Positions 39,038 through 50,320 of a stretch of DNA of 64,000 bases are shown here, piece after piece. Positions within the stretch are counted from its first letter, which is position 1; each line of letters starts with the position of its first letter. The notes under the pieces were generated by a model. It made no database searches and was not told the DNA's origin. It worked only from the letters and a program-made list of their open reading frames with translations. The stretch spans positions 2,595-66,594 of the forward strand of contig DSEL01000185.1 of NCBI GenBank assembly GCA_011056645.1. Reading direction: 5' to 3'. The position numbers and the translations under genes were made by a program. This stretch comes from Candidatus Sediminicultor quartus (GTDB lineage Bacteria; Atribacterota; Phoenicimicrobiia; Phoenicimicrobiales; Phoenicimicrobiaceae).

Positions 39038-39064
39038 AGGGGAACGAGAACCTCCCGTTCCCCT
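39038..39064 (-). terminator. GC-rich hairpin between the SBP and permease genes (AGGGGAACG - 9 nt - CGTTCCCCT)
   Basis: Perfect 9-bp stem in the 85-bp SBP-permease intercistronic gap. Likely partial terminator or mRNA stabiliser giving SBP excess. Confidence 0.5.
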
Positions 39065-39097
39065 AAAAAGAACATGGAACAATAAAAGCTCTAATCC

Positions 39098-40531
39098 TTA
39101 ATCAATTAATCCTACTTCTTTCCAGCCTACTAAGAGTTCATTGTAAATTTTAATTTGATTTGCTTTTCCTAAACTATCGGTAATACTGTTCCATTCTTTT
39201 GCAGTGGCATCCAGAGCTTCTTTTGGCGATAATTCTTTGGTATATGCTTTGCCCAAATTGACTTCTAATACATCGAGATATTGTGCAGTACCAGGCAAAC
39301 TTAAATCAGGAAAGCCATAAGTTAAATTATTCGCAATAGCAGCCAAATACTCTGCAGCTTCTTTTTCTGGTCCAAATGCTGAGAAAGCTGCCGGATTACT
39401 GAAATGAGATTTTCTAAATGGATCAAGACCAGTCTCGGGAGTAGAAACATCAGCTAAGGAAAAATCATCAGAAAGAAGTTTAGCTACATAGTAAGCTGCC
39501 TCCGGATTCTTGCTATCTTTGGCTACAGCTAGAGTTCTTCCACAAGGCATAGGAGCACGGTATTCCAGCTTTCCATCTTTCATGACTCCCGGAACATGGG
39601 TAACCCCGACATTTCCTACAATTTTTGATTGAGCAGGATCATTACCCTTCTTCCAGTTACAAGGCCATTGTAAACACATAGCTGTTCTTCCTAAGATTAA
39701 AGCATTGGTTAACTCATCATACCCATAAGAAAGAACGTCCGGTGGGCAATAAGGGAGAAGATCTACTAATCTTTGTAGGGCAATCACTCCTTCTTCCGTA
39801 TTTATCATAGCATTCATATCTTGATCAAAATATTTCCCACCTCGACTGGCAAATTCTGCTAACCACCAAGCATAAGCGAAACCACCTCTTTGAGCTAGGA
39901 AGGCAAAGCCATAGAAATCTGAATCTAATACCTTCCCTGCTAAGGTTTCCCCGGTCTTTCTGGTGAAAAATTCAGCTACATCCAATACTTCATCCCAGGT
40001 TTCTGGAGGAGCAAGTTCCTTATTATACATTTTTTTAAAATTACTTTTCTCTGTCTCATCATTAAATAAATCTTTACGGAAGTAAAGACTTAAAACATCT
40101 CCATCATAGGGGAGAGTATATAACTTGCCCCCATAATAGTCATAAAGTTTTAAGAAACCTGCTGCGATATCATCTAAACGAGGATCATATTTTTTCGCAT
40201 ATTCATCCAAAGGTTTGAGATATCCCATTCCTGCAAATTCACCCAGGTACATCGGGAATAGCACAACTAAATCATAAGCTCCCGTACCGGCAATAAATTC
40301 ACTGGTTAGCTTTTCATAGACATTAGCAAAAGGCGCAGTAACTACATTCACCTTGATTCCTGCCTTGGCAAATTCATCAGCATACCATTCAAAAGGACGA
40401 GCATTATGTCCTGCGTCACAGAAAGCAGTAATGGTAACATTGTTAAATTTTGCTTGAGCTTGAACCAGCATAGAGCAAGAAAAAACTAATAACAATGAAG
40501 TAATTAAAATAAACAAATATATTTTTCTCAT
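39098..40531 (-). CDS. ABC transporter extracellular solute-binding protein (family 1, oligosaccharide/sugar)
   Basis: 477 aa, N-terminal signal/lipobox-like MRKIYLFILITSLLLVFSCS; SBP_bac_1-like sequence. Confidence 0.8.
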   Translation of the reverse strand: MRKIYLFILITSLLLVFSCSMLVQAQAKFNNVTITAFCDAGHNARPFEWYADEFAKAGIKVNVVTAPFANVYEKLTSEFIAGTGAYDLVVLFPMYLGEFAGMGYLKPLDEYAKKYDPRLDDIAAGFLKLYDYYGGKLYTLPYDGDVLSLYFRKDLFNDETEKSNFKKMYNKELAPPETWDEVLDVAEFFTRKTGETLAGKVLDSDFYGFAFLAQRGGFAYAWWLAEFASRGGKYFDQDMNAMINTEEGVIALQRLVDLLPYCPPDVLSYGYDELTNALILGRTAMCLQWPCNWKKGNDPAQSKIVGNVGVTHVPGVMKDGKLEYRAPMPCGRTLAVAKDSKNPEAAYYVAKLLSDDFSLADVSTPETGLDPFRKSHFSNPAAFSAFGPEKEAAEYLAAIANNLTYGFPDLSLPGTAQYLDVLEVNLGKAYTKELSPKEALDATAKEWNSITDSLGKANQIKIYNELLVGWKEVGLID

Positions 40532-40651
40532 TAGTAAACCTCCTAAAAAATAATTTAACTTTTTATTGAACCCTACACCCTTACGGGTATAGTATGTATC
40601 CTTGCAGACTATGAATACTTTATCACCTCCTTTTACTTTTTATATTGCGGA

Positions 40652-41767
40652 TTAGGAGTAATTTGCTTTAATTCTTTCTCCGGTAGTGGGATTAAATATA
40701 AGAATTTTCTCTAAGTCAAAAGTAATGTCTACTTTCTCACCTAATTTAAAAGAATACCCCGGGCTAAGCTCGACTCTGATTAAAGCATCACCAATCTGCA
40801 CGGTTAATATACCGGACTCACCGATATCTTCAAAGACATATACTTCTCCACTTACTGTCTGACCTTCGGTAGGCTCAGAAATATAGATATAAATAGGCCT
40901 AATCCCCAGCATTATCTCAATGACATCTCCCTGGTAAAATTTTTCTATAGAATCTTTATAGTTTTCGGGAATCTTCAATTTTTGATTATATAATTTTGCC
41001 ATATATTCATTTTCTTCTCTTACTAGAGTGGCTTTTATAAAATTCATCGGTGGTTCTCCCACAAAGTCTGCTACAAAAAGGTTCTCGGGATACTCATATA
41101 CTTCTTCTGGTGTTCCGATTTGTTGTAAAACCCCTAAGTTTAAAACAGCTATTCTATCAGCTAAAGCTAAAGCTTCCAATTGATCATGAGTAACAAAAAG
41201 CATAGTAAGATTCTGGGTTTTTTGAATTCTTTTTATCTGTACTCTAAATTCCGTTCTTTGTTGGGTATCTAAATGAGAAAGTGGTTCATCTAAAAGATAA
41301 AGAGAGGCGGGGCGTATCAATGCACGTGCTAAAGAGGTTCGCTGTTGATGTCCTCCGCTCACCTCAGAAGGAAGTTTGCCTAAAACGTTTGTAATATCAA
41401 GTATATCAGCTATTTTCTTGACCTCTTTTCTCACTTCTTGATCTCTTTTTCCTCTTATTCGAAGGGGAAAAGCGATATTTTCAAAAAGACTAAGATGAGG
41501 ATATAAAGCATAAGTTTCAAAAGCCAAGGCAATATTTCTTTCTTTTGCAGATAACCAATTTATAATTTCCCCGTCAAGGTAAATTTCTCCTTTAGTGATA
41601 TCCTCTATACCAGCAATCATCCTAAGCGTGGAGGATTTGCCACAACCCGAAGGTCCCAATATAGCCAAAAGCTCCCCACTTTTAAGAGATAAATTCAAAT
41701 CCTTTACAGCCTCCACAGTTCCTTGTACGTAGTGTTTATATACGTTTTTTAATTCTAATTTTTCCAC
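40652..41767 (-). CDS. ABC transporter ATP-binding protein (MalK/UgpC-type) 2
   Basis: GPSGCGKSS Walker A, LSGGHQQR signature, DEPLSHLD Walker B, C-terminal TOBE-like regulatory domain. Confidence 0.85.
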   Translation of the reverse strand: MEKLELKNVYKHYVQGTVEAVKDLNLSLKSGELLAILGPSGCGKSSTLRMIAGIEDITKGEIYLDGEIINWLSAKERNIALAFETYALYPHLSLFENIAFPLRIRGKRDQEVRKEVKKIADILDITNVLGKLPSEVSGGHQQRTSLARALIRPASLYLLDEPLSHLDTQQRTEFRVQIKRIQKTQNLTMLFVTHDQLEALALADRIAVLNLGVLQQIGTPEEVYEYPENLFVADFVGEPPMNFIKATLVREENEYMAKLYNQKLKIPENYKDSIEKFYQGDVIEIMLGIRPIYIYISEPTEGQTVSGEVYVFEDIGESGILTVQIGDALIRVELSPGYSFKLGEKVDITFDLEKILIFNPTTGERIKANYS

Positions 41768-41778
41768 AATTTTGCCTC

Positions 41779-42876
41779 CTAGAAAATTCTATTTCCCGAA
41801 ATAGCATCGAAGAAATCAAGTTTTTCCTCCTTAAAATCTACGGATATCTTATCCCCCAAAGATGCTTTAAAGGATTTTTCTTCCCTAATTTTAATGATAG
41901 TATTATTCAATTTAATTGAAATGATGTTATAATGTCCTGCAATTTCACTAACGTACACCTCTGTATTGATAATTTTTGCATTTTCTTTTTGTTTTAAAAC
42001 ACAATGCAGATCAAAAGGTCTGATTCCAATAATTAATTTCTCTTGATTCATTTTCAATAAAAGCTTATCGGCCAAAGATTTTGATAAAGATATGGAGACA
42101 TCCCCAATCTGGAAAAAATATTGTCCGTCTTTTGCTTTTAGAATTCCTTCGATTAAATTTGTGGGAGGATCTCCCAATAAATTTGCTACAAAAATATTCG
42201 CAGGCTTCTTAAAAATCTCTTGTGGGGTACCAATCTGTTGAGTTACTCCCTTATCTAAAATCAGTACTTTGTCACCCAAGGAAAGTGCTTCTCTAAAATC
42301 GTGGGTTGCATAAAGTATGTTCATTTTACGTATATGTTGAATCCTCTTAAATTCTCCCCGCATTTGGTATCGTAATTTTGCATCTAAATGAGCTATAGGT
42401 TCATCCATTAAATATTCATTGGCTTTTTTAACCAATGATCTGGCTAACACTGTTCTTTGTTTCTGACCTCCGCTAATCATTGAAGGAAGTCTTGAAAGAA
42501 GTTCTTCAATTTGCAAAACATGCGCAATTTCTTTTACTTTTTTATCGATTTTATCTTTAGGCAGATTTATAGCCTCTAATGGTGAACTAATGTTTTTATA
42601 AACAGTTAAGTGTGGATAAAGGGCATAATCTTCGAAAACCATAGAAACATTTCTGTCCTTAGGTTCCAGTTGGTTTACTAACCTGTTTCTAAGAAATATT
42701 TTCCCCTCTGTAACCTCTTCCAATCCGCTAATCAATTTTAGTGTAGTAGTTTTTCCTGCTCCTGAAGGTCCGAGTAAAACAAATAATTCTTCCTCTTCAC
42801 AGGAAAAATTTAGATTTTTAATCGCTTCATTTTTCCCATATTTTTTATAAACATTTTCTAATCTTAAAGCTTCCAT
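41779..42876 (-). CDS. ABC transporter ATP-binding protein (MalK/UgpC-type) 1
   Basis: GPSGAGKTT Walker A, ISGGQKQR, DEPIAHLD; second MalK paralog in tandem. Confidence 0.85.
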   Translation of the reverse strand: MEALRLENVYKKYGKNEAIKNLNFSCEEEELFVLLGPSGAGKTTTLKLISGLEEVTEGKIFLRNRLVNQLEPKDRNVSMVFEDYALYPHLTVYKNISSPLEAINLPKDKIDKKVKEIAHVLQIEELLSRLPSMISGGQKQRTVLARSLVKKANEYLMDEPIAHLDAKLRYQMRGEFKRIQHIRKMNILYATHDFREALSLGDKVLILDKGVTQQIGTPQEIFKKPANIFVANLLGDPPTNLIEGILKAKDGQYFFQIGDVSISLSKSLADKLLLKMNQEKLIIGIRPFDLHCVLKQKENAKIINTEVYVSEIAGHYNIISIKLNNTIIKIREEKSFKASLGDKISVDFKEEKLDFFDAISGNRIF

Positions 42877-42891
42877 TCCTGCCTCCTAAAA

Positions 42892-43389
42892 TTATTTTGT
42901 TAGAACAATTTTTACTTTTTCCGGTAGATCTACTATCTCCAAATCTTTTTCTACGGTAGGTTTTTTAAGAAGAAGGGTAAATTTCATTTCAGGAGTAATA
43001 GTGAAGGGAAGCCAATGCCATACTCCCGGAGTTAAGAAAAAAGAAGCAGTACCGTCTATCCAAAAAGCTTCAATAGAATCTATATCCGGAACTTTTTTGT
43101 CAGGAGTTGCGGGAGCCAGACAAAAGATACCGACTCCTGATGTAGGAATAAAAGCTTCCAATGAATTTTGATGTCTCTCAATCTTATCCAGTATAAATTC
43201 TCTTCTCTTCCTTTTTATTTCTAAAAATCCTACAACACCCTCTTCCCCTAACTGAGAAATGTCGGCTACATTATGCCAGTAATTGTGGTTTTCTGAAAAG
43301 GTGGCAGGAGATTCTTTAAATGAAGGGACTACTATGGTACCAAACTTGGTGAAATTATCCTTTGTGGGATACTTTACTTTAATTTCCAT
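42892..43389 (-). CDS. cupin-fold protein of the ureidoglycolate-lyase (AllA) family, function unknown
   Basis: 165 aa. N-terminal YPTKDNFTKFGTIV and C-terminal PGVWHWLPF resemble the AllA-family pattern as recalled. First gene of the operon after a 397-bp AT-rich leader. Confidence 0.45.
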   Translation of the reverse strand: MEIKVKYPTKDNFTKFGTIVVPSFKESPATFSENHNYWHNVADISQLGEEGVVGFLEIKRKRREFILDKIERHQNSLEAFIPTSGVGIFCLAPATPDKKVPDIDSIEAFWIDGTASFFLTPGVWHWLPFTITPEMKFTLLLKKPTVEKDLEIVDLPEKVKIVLTK

Positions 43390-43786
43390 TTCTTTTCCTC
43401 CTAATTTTTATAATTTTTGCTTATACCGATAATATTGTTAATTAAAAAACATTTAAAAAGCTCTCTGGAACATTTAAATTTTTCTGGGGTTTTTAAAATT
43501 CTTTTCTTTTTTCGTATAGATTGGAGACCTTTAAAAATTCAATATTGCACTCTTTTAGGCAAATTAAATAAATAAATTGATCTAATTATATATTTTTTAT
43601 TTCCTTCTTTTTGCTTTTTATTATTTCATATCTATTTTTCATATACGACATATCTAAATAAAACCCTCTTTTTTTTAATAAAATAATTAAAAAAGTTAAC
43701 TTTATCACAATATTATTTAAAAATAGTACATAAAATAAAACATAAAACATTATTTTGATCAAAATAGTGCTTACGATTTGAATCCA

Positions 43787-45055
43787 CTATATGTGTTTTG
43801 CTTTTTCAAGTAAGTATTTTTCAGCTTCTGCCGACCATAGACCATTACTCTTTTCTACTATCTTCGCCAATTGAGTAAATAAGGGATTAATTTTTCCCTC
43901 TTTCTTAAAATCGGAAATTGCTGTTAGTTCCATTTCGATATTAGTATAAATCAACTTTTTGTTACCGGGTATTTTAGGAAGATTTAAAGTAGTATTCACC
44001 ACACAATTTAATCCACCGATATGAGTAATCATGGCAGCAGGGTTTATGAGATCTTTTCTCATCATCTCCAGAGACTCAATCATATCTTGAGTATTCCCCC
44101 CACTAGTTCCGACAATATGAGTCGAAGCATAATGGACATTATAAAAATTAAGCATTGCTGAAAACTCAGGATCGCTTGGACCAGCAAAAAAATTTAAACA
44201 ACCATCTTTTGATAAAATTCTATCACCCTGTTCTACTACTTCTTTGACCGGTGCAAAAACAAATACATCATCATATTTCTTCCCTTGAGCTACGGAAATA
44301 AGGGAGACTTCTGGATTTTCCATACCTTTAGTATTTATATATTTTAATTCAACTCCTTTCTTTTTAGCTTCATTCACGGTATGAATTGAGGAAGCCCTTT
44401 CCAATCTTGTTTTATCAACATCAGTTACTACTAATAATTTAGGTCTTCTATCACTATGCAAGGCATAATCTATTGCTCCAAGACCCATTGGCCCCGCTCC
44501 GGCTAAAATTGCCACATTTCCATTTTTTACAATACCCATATGATGAATATACTGACCCTGGATAGTATGATAGGCAGCATGAAAAGCGCCTATGATGCAG
44601 GACATGGGTTCAGCTAGAGATCCGCCGTAAAAGGCTTCCCCCTTATATTCTAATAAACAATCCATCTCCATCACTTCATTGGGTATAATGATATAGGTAG
44701 CATCTCCACCTACATAAGGGAAAGAATAACCGGGGGCATGAAGACTCCCTTGATAATTTAGAGCAGGCTGAATAGCAAACTTCTGACCTTTTTTGAATTT
44801 ATGTTGCCATTTTTTACCAACTTCAATAATTTCGCCACAAAATTCATGACCGATTATTACTGGATTTTCCGCCACATTGTGTGGCACTCTCTTATGGCCA
44901 GCTCCTTGAACTACCGCTTTATAAGAAGACATGCAAAGACTGTCGGAAATAATATGAGCAATAATTTCGTCATTCTTCATTGCTGGGAGATCAAATTCTT
45001 CCAACCTCAAATCATTTTTTCCATATAGTCTTACTGCTTTAGTCCTCATTATCAC
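43787..45055 (-). CDS. medium-chain dehydrogenase/reductase (alcohol dehydrogenase-like, long form)
   Basis: NPVIIGHEFCGEIIEVGKKW GroES-like region, ILAGAGPMGLGAIDYA Rossmann motif; 422 aa; lacks the structural-Zn Cys cluster. Confidence 0.7.
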   Translation of the reverse strand: MIMRTKAVRLYGKNDLRLEEFDLPAMKNDEIIAHIISDSLCMSSYKAVVQGAGHKRVPHNVAENPVIIGHEFCGEIIEVGKKWQHKFKKGQKFAIQPALNYQGSLHAPGYSFPYVGGDATYIIIPNEVMEMDCLLEYKGEAFYGGSLAEPMSCIIGAFHAAYHTIQGQYIHHMGIVKNGNVAILAGAGPMGLGAIDYALHSDRRPKLLVVTDVDKTRLERASSIHTVNEAKKKGVELKYINTKGMENPEVSLISVAQGKKYDDVFVFAPVKEVVEQGDRILSKDGCLNFFAGPSDPEFSAMLNFYNVHYASTHIVGTSGGNTQDMIESLEMMRKDLINPAAMITHIGGLNCVVNTTLNLPKIPGNKKLIYTNIEMELTAISDFKKEGKINPLFTQLAKIVEKSNGLWSAEAEKYLLEKAKHI

Positions 45056-45077
45056 CGCTCCCTAAAATTTAAATAAT

Positions 45078-46397
45078 TTATTTCAGCATGACCTGACCAC
45101 CGGTTATCGGTATGGCCTGGCCTGTTTCATATTTTTGATCGATGATATAATAAATAGCTTTTATAATATCCTCACCAGTACAACCCCTCCTCATGGGAAT
45201 CTTTGATTCGTAGAATTTCTTCACATCTTCAAGGGTCTTTGCGCCCGGAACTTTCCCAGTCCTAAGGTATTGGATAAAAAGACCATTTTCCGGATCTGCC
45301 CATAGAGGGCCTTCAAAGAAATTTCCCGGACAAACGGCATTTACTTTAATATTATCCGCAATAAGCTCTAAAGCAAAACTCTGTGTAAGACCTAAACCTC
45401 CAAATTTACTTCCCGCATAAGCACTATTTTTATCTGAACCTTCAAGCCCGGATTTGGAGTTTACTTGAATAATATCGGTAAAATATTTTTGGGTAGGTAT
45501 ATTTTGAAGTGCCATAATTTTGGAAGCATGTTTTGCACATAGAAAATAACCAAAGTAATTCACTTTATTGACAAAAGCAAATTCACTTAATTCCATTTCT
45601 TTTATACTGCCAGCTTTTAATACCCCCGCATTACTTATAAAAATATCAACACCACCAACTTTTTTTATAATCTCGAACATCATTTCTTTAACAGAATCTT
45701 CATCTCCTACGTCTACTTTTATAGGGAAAGCGATTTTCCTTTTGTATTCATTATTTAGCTCCCCTGCTAACCGGTTAGCTCCCTTTAGATTAATATCGGC
45801 AATAAATACCAAGCATTCTAATTTTGTCAACTCTCTTACTATGCTTTCTCCAAAACCCTGAGCGCTTCCGGTAACTACTGCTATTTTGTTTCTTATTATC
45901 TGATTTCTATATAATCTTCCGCCATGATGATTCTTTTCCAAACTTCGATTGCAGTTATAATCAGTTATTGTTTCAGAATTTTTATTCTCTGTAGAACTTT
46001 CAAGTTTAGTGATTTTACTTGTAATTATTATTTCTTTTTGGACATCATTAAAACCATTCTTTATATTCGCTGCCTGCTCATAAGATTCTCCCAGGTAAAA
46101 TACACCAATATTTTCCAGAATTACGATTTTTGGTTTTTGTTTATTTTTCTTGATATAATCTTGGAACTTATGAAGAATAGAAGGAATTATTTTTTCTACA
46201 AGTTTTCCTTGGTTTAGTTGATGGCTATTTTTAATTTCTTTTAAATAAAGAGGTATTATTCTATCTGATTTGATCTTGTTAAAAGCAACGTTCATTTTTT
46301 TTGGACTATCTTCAAAAATAATAATATTTCCTTTTTCCCCATCAAAGGTTAACCCGCGTAAAAGCGGAGCAATAGTTTCTATGTAAATTTTCTTCAT
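45078..46397 (-). CDS. two-domain protein: N-terminal about 170-aa domain of unknown function fused to a C-terminal SDR oxidoreductase
   Basis: C-terminal KIAVVTGSAQGFGES...NAG...YAGSK SDR motifs. The N-terminal 170 aa has no motif I recognise. The architecture is reminiscent of, but much shorter than, aldolase-SDR fusions of the YuxG/RhaEW type. Confidence 0.65.
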   Translation of the reverse strand: MKKIYIETIAPLLRGLTFDGEKGNIIIFEDSPKKMNVAFNKIKSDRIIPLYLKEIKNSHQLNQGKLVEKIIPSILHKFQDYIKKNKQKPKIVILENIGVFYLGESYEQAANIKNGFNDVQKEIIITSKITKLESSTENKNSETITDYNCNRSLEKNHHGGRLYRNQIIRNKIAVVTGSAQGFGESIVRELTKLECLVFIADINLKGANRLAGELNNEYKRKIAFPIKVDVGDEDSVKEMMFEIIKKVGGVDIFISNAGVLKAGSIKEMELSEFAFVNKVNYFGYFLCAKHASKIMALQNIPTQKYFTDIIQVNSKSGLEGSDKNSAYAGSKFGGLGLTQSFALELIADNIKVNAVCPGNFFEGPLWADPENGLFIQYLRTGKVPGAKTLEDVKKFYESKIPMRRGCTGEDIIKAIYYIIDQKYETGQAIPITGGQVMLK

Positions 46398-46432
46398 TTT
46401 TCTCCTCCGAGTAATAATATCAAAACATTATT

Positions 46433-47755
46433 TTAAAAATTTATTTGTTGATAACCAAGTTCAGGGTGTCGAACATCTATTTTCCTGCCAATTTCACTAT
46501 ATATGGTAATCCTTTCTTGTAATGATTTACTTTTTAAGGGATTTTTATGATTAAATAAAGCATATTTTTCATCATAATTCGCCAGTTTTTCATGGGCAAT
46601 AAGAGCCCAGGTTGCTTCAATTAGATGAGCAAACTCTGGCCTTAGAATGATGGGGTAATTAAAAGATTGTCGTGGGCTGTTTATATCCACACCACTTATT
46701 TCCATAAGTTCATATTTTTTACAGAGTCTTTGCAAACGTAAAAGTTGGCTTAGGGTATTACGTGGTGGCATATAAGTAATTGCCTTAAAACCTATTTTTT
46801 TTAATTCAGGAATCAGTTCTCCCAAGAAATCATCTTCAAACTTTTCATCTCTCTTATCACCGGTGGGCGATTCAGTCACATCCCCTAAATAAGCATAAGC
46901 GGGGATAGCGTTTATAGAATGACTGAATTTCACTGTTTCATATACAGATATGCATTCATCGTACTCCGGTTGAATGAAAATTTTATCTAAAAAAGAGCTC
47001 TTTAATATTCCCAAAAGGTCATATAAATAAAATGGATTATGGGTATCGAAGAGATATTTTTCCACTTTTTTGGAAAGCACCATACTAAAATCCTCTTTTA
47101 AGAAGGCAATAAGTTTTTCCCCTTTTCCTATTTTTTTAATAATTTTTTTAGCAAAAGCATAAAGAATATGACGTTCAGTTATGCTACCGCCTTCTTTCGC
47201 CTGGGAAATTCTGTAAACCTCTTTCTTAAAATCAATCTCCTCTATTCCATAACTTTTAATCAACTGATTCAGTTTAGCTAACATTTTTTTGTTTCTCTTA
47301 TTGCGAGCTATCTGTATTGGATCTAAAAATTTCATAGCTCTTGCTATCCCTATTTCAGGGATACCATGAACAGCAATATAGCCTATATTTTTAGAATCAG
47401 GATTATTCAGTTTTCTTCCTTCAACACGAGTTCCGGAAAAATTTACCCGTAATTCAAATCCTACAGTTGAGGCAATACCTAATATCTTGCATGCTTCTAT
47501 CAGCTCCTTACAGCCGGAAACAGAATCATGATCCATAATCCCTACAGATTGAAGACCCACTTTCCAAGCTAAATAAGCAGCCATAGAAGGTGAATAAGGA
47601 CTAAAAGAGTAGATAGTATGTATATGATTATTTACTTCTTCTGTTTTTTTGAACTGTTCTTTTTCTTTTTCTCTTAATTTATAGATTTTTTCCAATCCAT
47701 AAAGTCTGAACTTTTTATTACTACCATTTATTTCTTGAATAATTTTATCCTTCAT
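46433..47755 (-). CDS. PHP-domain (polymerase/histidinol-phosphatase-like) metal-dependent phosphoesterase
   Basis: N-terminal NNHIHTIYSFSPYSP and GIMDHDSVSG His/Asp metal-ligand motifs typical of the PHP fold; 440 aa. Confidence 0.65.
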   Translation of the reverse strand: MKDKIIQEINGSNKKFRLYGLEKIYKLREKEKEQFKKTEEVNNHIHTIYSFSPYSPSMAAYLAWKVGLQSVGIMDHDSVSGCKELIEACKILGIASTVGFELRVNFSGTRVEGRKLNNPDSKNIGYIAVHGIPEIGIARAMKFLDPIQIARNKRNKKMLAKLNQLIKSYGIEEIDFKKEVYRISQAKEGGSITERHILYAFAKKIIKKIGKGEKLIAFLKEDFSMVLSKKVEKYLFDTHNPFYLYDLLGILKSSFLDKIFIQPEYDECISVYETVKFSHSINAIPAYAYLGDVTESPTGDKRDEKFEDDFLGELIPELKKIGFKAITYMPPRNTLSQLLRLQRLCKKYELMEISGVDINSPRQSFNYPIILRPEFAHLIEATWALIAHEKLANYDEKYALFNHKNPLKSKSLQERITIYSEIGRKIDVRHPELGYQQINF

Positions 47756-47794
47756 CTTTTTATCTCGAACTAATTTTAATCTTTAATAAAAATC

Positions 47795-50251
47795 TTATAT
47801 CCCCAGTTTATTTCTTCTAATCTGCCCGGTTGTAGACTGATCAGTGGTTATTTGATGCCCCTCTAAAAGATAAAGACGTTCATGAATCGCATCAATAATC
47901 CACTCTTTCTGGGGGAAGAAACTAGATTCCATTTCAGCGGCAGGGGTAATCCAGTTGCGGGAACCAACTACCACTGCAGGACCATCAAGATAGTCAAAAA
48001 CAAATCTGGAAACATTTGAAGCAATAGTATGAAGGAAAGAACCTCGTTCACAAGCATCGGAAACAAGCACAAATCTTCCTGTCTTCTTCACAGACTCGAT
48101 AATCAATTCATAGTTTAAGGGATTAATAAATCTCAAATCGATTACTTCTGCCAAAACTTTATATTTCTTTTCAAGTTCTTCTGCAGCCTCCATTCCCTTG
48201 TAAAGAGTTGCCCCTATAGTGAGAAGAGTAACATCTTTTCCTTCTTTCCTGATAATTGGCTCACCTTCCGGTACTTCGTAATAATCTTCGGGAACTCCGC
48301 TGGGAACAAAGTACTCTCCTATATCATAAAGTCTTTGACTTTCAAAAAATACTACCGGATCTGTACCGTGTAAAGCAAGATTTAACATGCCTTTGGCATC
48401 ATAAGGCGTAGCAGGAAACATGACCTTAAGACCAGGGATATGGGCAAGCAGGCTAGTCCATTCTTGAGAATGTTGGGCACCATATTTATTCCCTACTGAT
48501 ACTCGAATGATAAGGGGCATAGTAAGGAGACCTGCTGACATTGACTGCCATTTAGCTACCTGATTGAAAAGTTCATCCCCTGCCCGTCCGATAAAATCAC
48601 TATACATCAGCTCTACTACTACACGTCCCCCACATAAAGCATACCCTACAGCTGACCCTACAATGGCTCCTTCAGAAATAGTCGTATTAAACAATCGATG
48701 ATAAGGAAGAGCTTCGGTTAACCCTCTATATACGGCAAATGCCCCTCCCCAATCACGATTATCTTCTCCGTAAGCTACCATTGTTGGATCCTCATAAAAG
48801 CGATAGAGCATGGCTTCAAATAAGGCATCACGATAAGTAAAGACTTTTACTTTGGGGTAAACTTTATTATTTTCATCCAAAGCAAAACGGTATTTATGGG
48901 TAATTGATCTAACCCGGGGATTATCTTTTTGGGAAATGAGTACTTCTGGTGTTCGTTTTTCCATTCTATCTTTGTGCCGATTTGAAAACATGACTGTTTC
49001 AAAAAAATCGGATTTTACCCTGGGCGAGATTTCTTGAGATACTGCTAATTTCAGGGCTTTCGTAATTTTCCAAGTTACTTCCTGTTTTAAGAACTCTACT
49101 TTAGAAGAGGTTATTACTCTGTTTTGTTTAAGGTAATCTTCATATCCTTTAATGCAGTCAACCTCTTGCCAGGCTGAAATCTCTTCTTTGCTCCTGTACG
49201 ATGATGCATCAGAGGGCGAATGACCTGAAATTCGATAGGTAATAACATCCAGAAGAACCGGACCCTTTCCTTTAAGAAGGATTTTTTTCTTTCTTTCAAT
49301 CGCATCAGCTACTGCCAAAGGATTATATCCATCCACTCGTTCAACATGCAAGTTTTCAGGGTTTACCCCGGCTCCTACCCGGGCAAGAATTTTGTAACCC
49401 ATCGTTTCACCCGAGGTCTGACCACCCATGCCATAGAAATTATTAAAGAAATTGAACAGAATAGGGGGAGCACCTCCAAGATCTTTATCCCAAAGTGTAC
49501 GGTATTGATCCATTGCAGCTAACATAATGGCTTCCCATACCGGACCACAGCCCATAGAGCCATCTCCGATATTACAGATTACTATGCCTGGCTTTCGATT
49601 AATTCTTTTAAAAAGAGCAGCACCTACCGAAATATCCGCTGCACCTCCGACAATAGCATTATTGGGCATACTGCCAAAGGGTGCAAAAAAAACATGCATC
49701 GAACCTCCCAAACCCTTATTAAAGCCGTTAGCCCGCCCGAATATCTCTGCTAAAACTCCGTATAGTACAAAATCTTGAGCAAGCGATTTAATATTACCTT
49801 TATGTTCCTTTTCTACTACTTTTAAGCAAGCTCCATCCATATAAGATTTCATTATCTTAAGAAGTTTATTCTCATCAAGTTGATCTATTGCCGAAAGACA
49901 CTTAGCTAAAACTTCTCCATGACTACGATGAGAACCGAAAATGAAATCTTCGATCCCAAGATTTACACACTGACCCACCGCAGATGACTCCTGACCGATA
50001 GATAAATGAGCAGGGCCTAAGTGATCATATTGAATCCCCTCATAAGAACCTTGGGTTTTTATCGCATTCAGCATGGATTCAAATTCTCGGATGATGAGCA
50101 TATCATAGTAAACCTTGAGGAGTTTTTCTTCTCCATACTTCTTTATTTCTTTTTTTATATCCGGTTTATACTGATTTAGGGGAATGTCATTTATTTTCAA
50201 TATCTGTGGTTTTCTGACTTCTTTGGGGTCAATGAAAATAGATTTAGGCAT
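47795..50251 (-). CDS. thiamine-diphosphate-dependent 2-oxoacid (acetoin/pyruvate-type) dehydrogenase E1 component, fused alpha-beta
   Basis: 818 aa. The N half has E1-alpha motifs ([20 protein letters not shown]...N ThDP fold). The C half has E1-beta/transketolase-like Pyr and C-terminal domains ([16 protein letters not shown]...). Confidence 0.8.
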   Translation of the reverse strand: MPKSIFIDPKEVRKPQILKINDIPLNQYKPDIKKEIKKYGEEKLLKVYYDMLIIREFESMLNAIKTQGSYEGIQYDHLGPAHLSIGQESSAVGQCVNLGIEDFIFGSHRSHGEVLAKCLSAIDQLDENKLLKIMKSYMDGACLKVVEKEHKGNIKSLAQDFVLYGVLAEIFGRANGFNKGLGGSMHVFFAPFGSMPNNAIVGGAADISVGAALFKRINRKPGIVICNIGDGSMGCGPVWEAIMLAAMDQYRTLWDKDLGGAPPILFNFFNNFYGMGGQTSGETMGYKILARVGAGVNPENLHVERVDGYNPLAVADAIERKKKILLKGKGPVLLDVITYRISGHSPSDASSYRSKEEISAWQEVDCIKGYEDYLKQNRVITSSKVEFLKQEVTWKITKALKLAVSQEISPRVKSDFFETVMFSNRHKDRMEKRTPEVLISQKDNPRVRSITHKYRFALDENNKVYPKVKVFTYRDALFEAMLYRFYEDPTMVAYGEDNRDWGGAFAVYRGLTEALPYHRLFNTTISEGAIVGSAVGYALCGGRVVVELMYSDFIGRAGDELFNQVAKWQSMSAGLLTMPLIIRVSVGNKYGAQHSQEWTSLLAHIPGLKVMFPATPYDAKGMLNLALHGTDPVVFFESQRLYDIGEYFVPSGVPEDYYEVPEGEPIIRKEGKDVTLLTIGATLYKGMEAAEELEKKYKVLAEVIDLRFINPLNYELIIESVKKTGRFVLVSDACERGSFLHTIASNVSRFVFDYLDGPAVVVGSRNWITPAAEMESSFFPQKEWIIDAIHERLYLLEGHQITTDQSTTGQIRRNKLGI

Positions 50252-50320
50252 AACTTTCTCCTTTCTGTAAAAGTTTTCTTACTATTTTCTCATCATGATA
50301 AAATCACATTCATTTTTCTA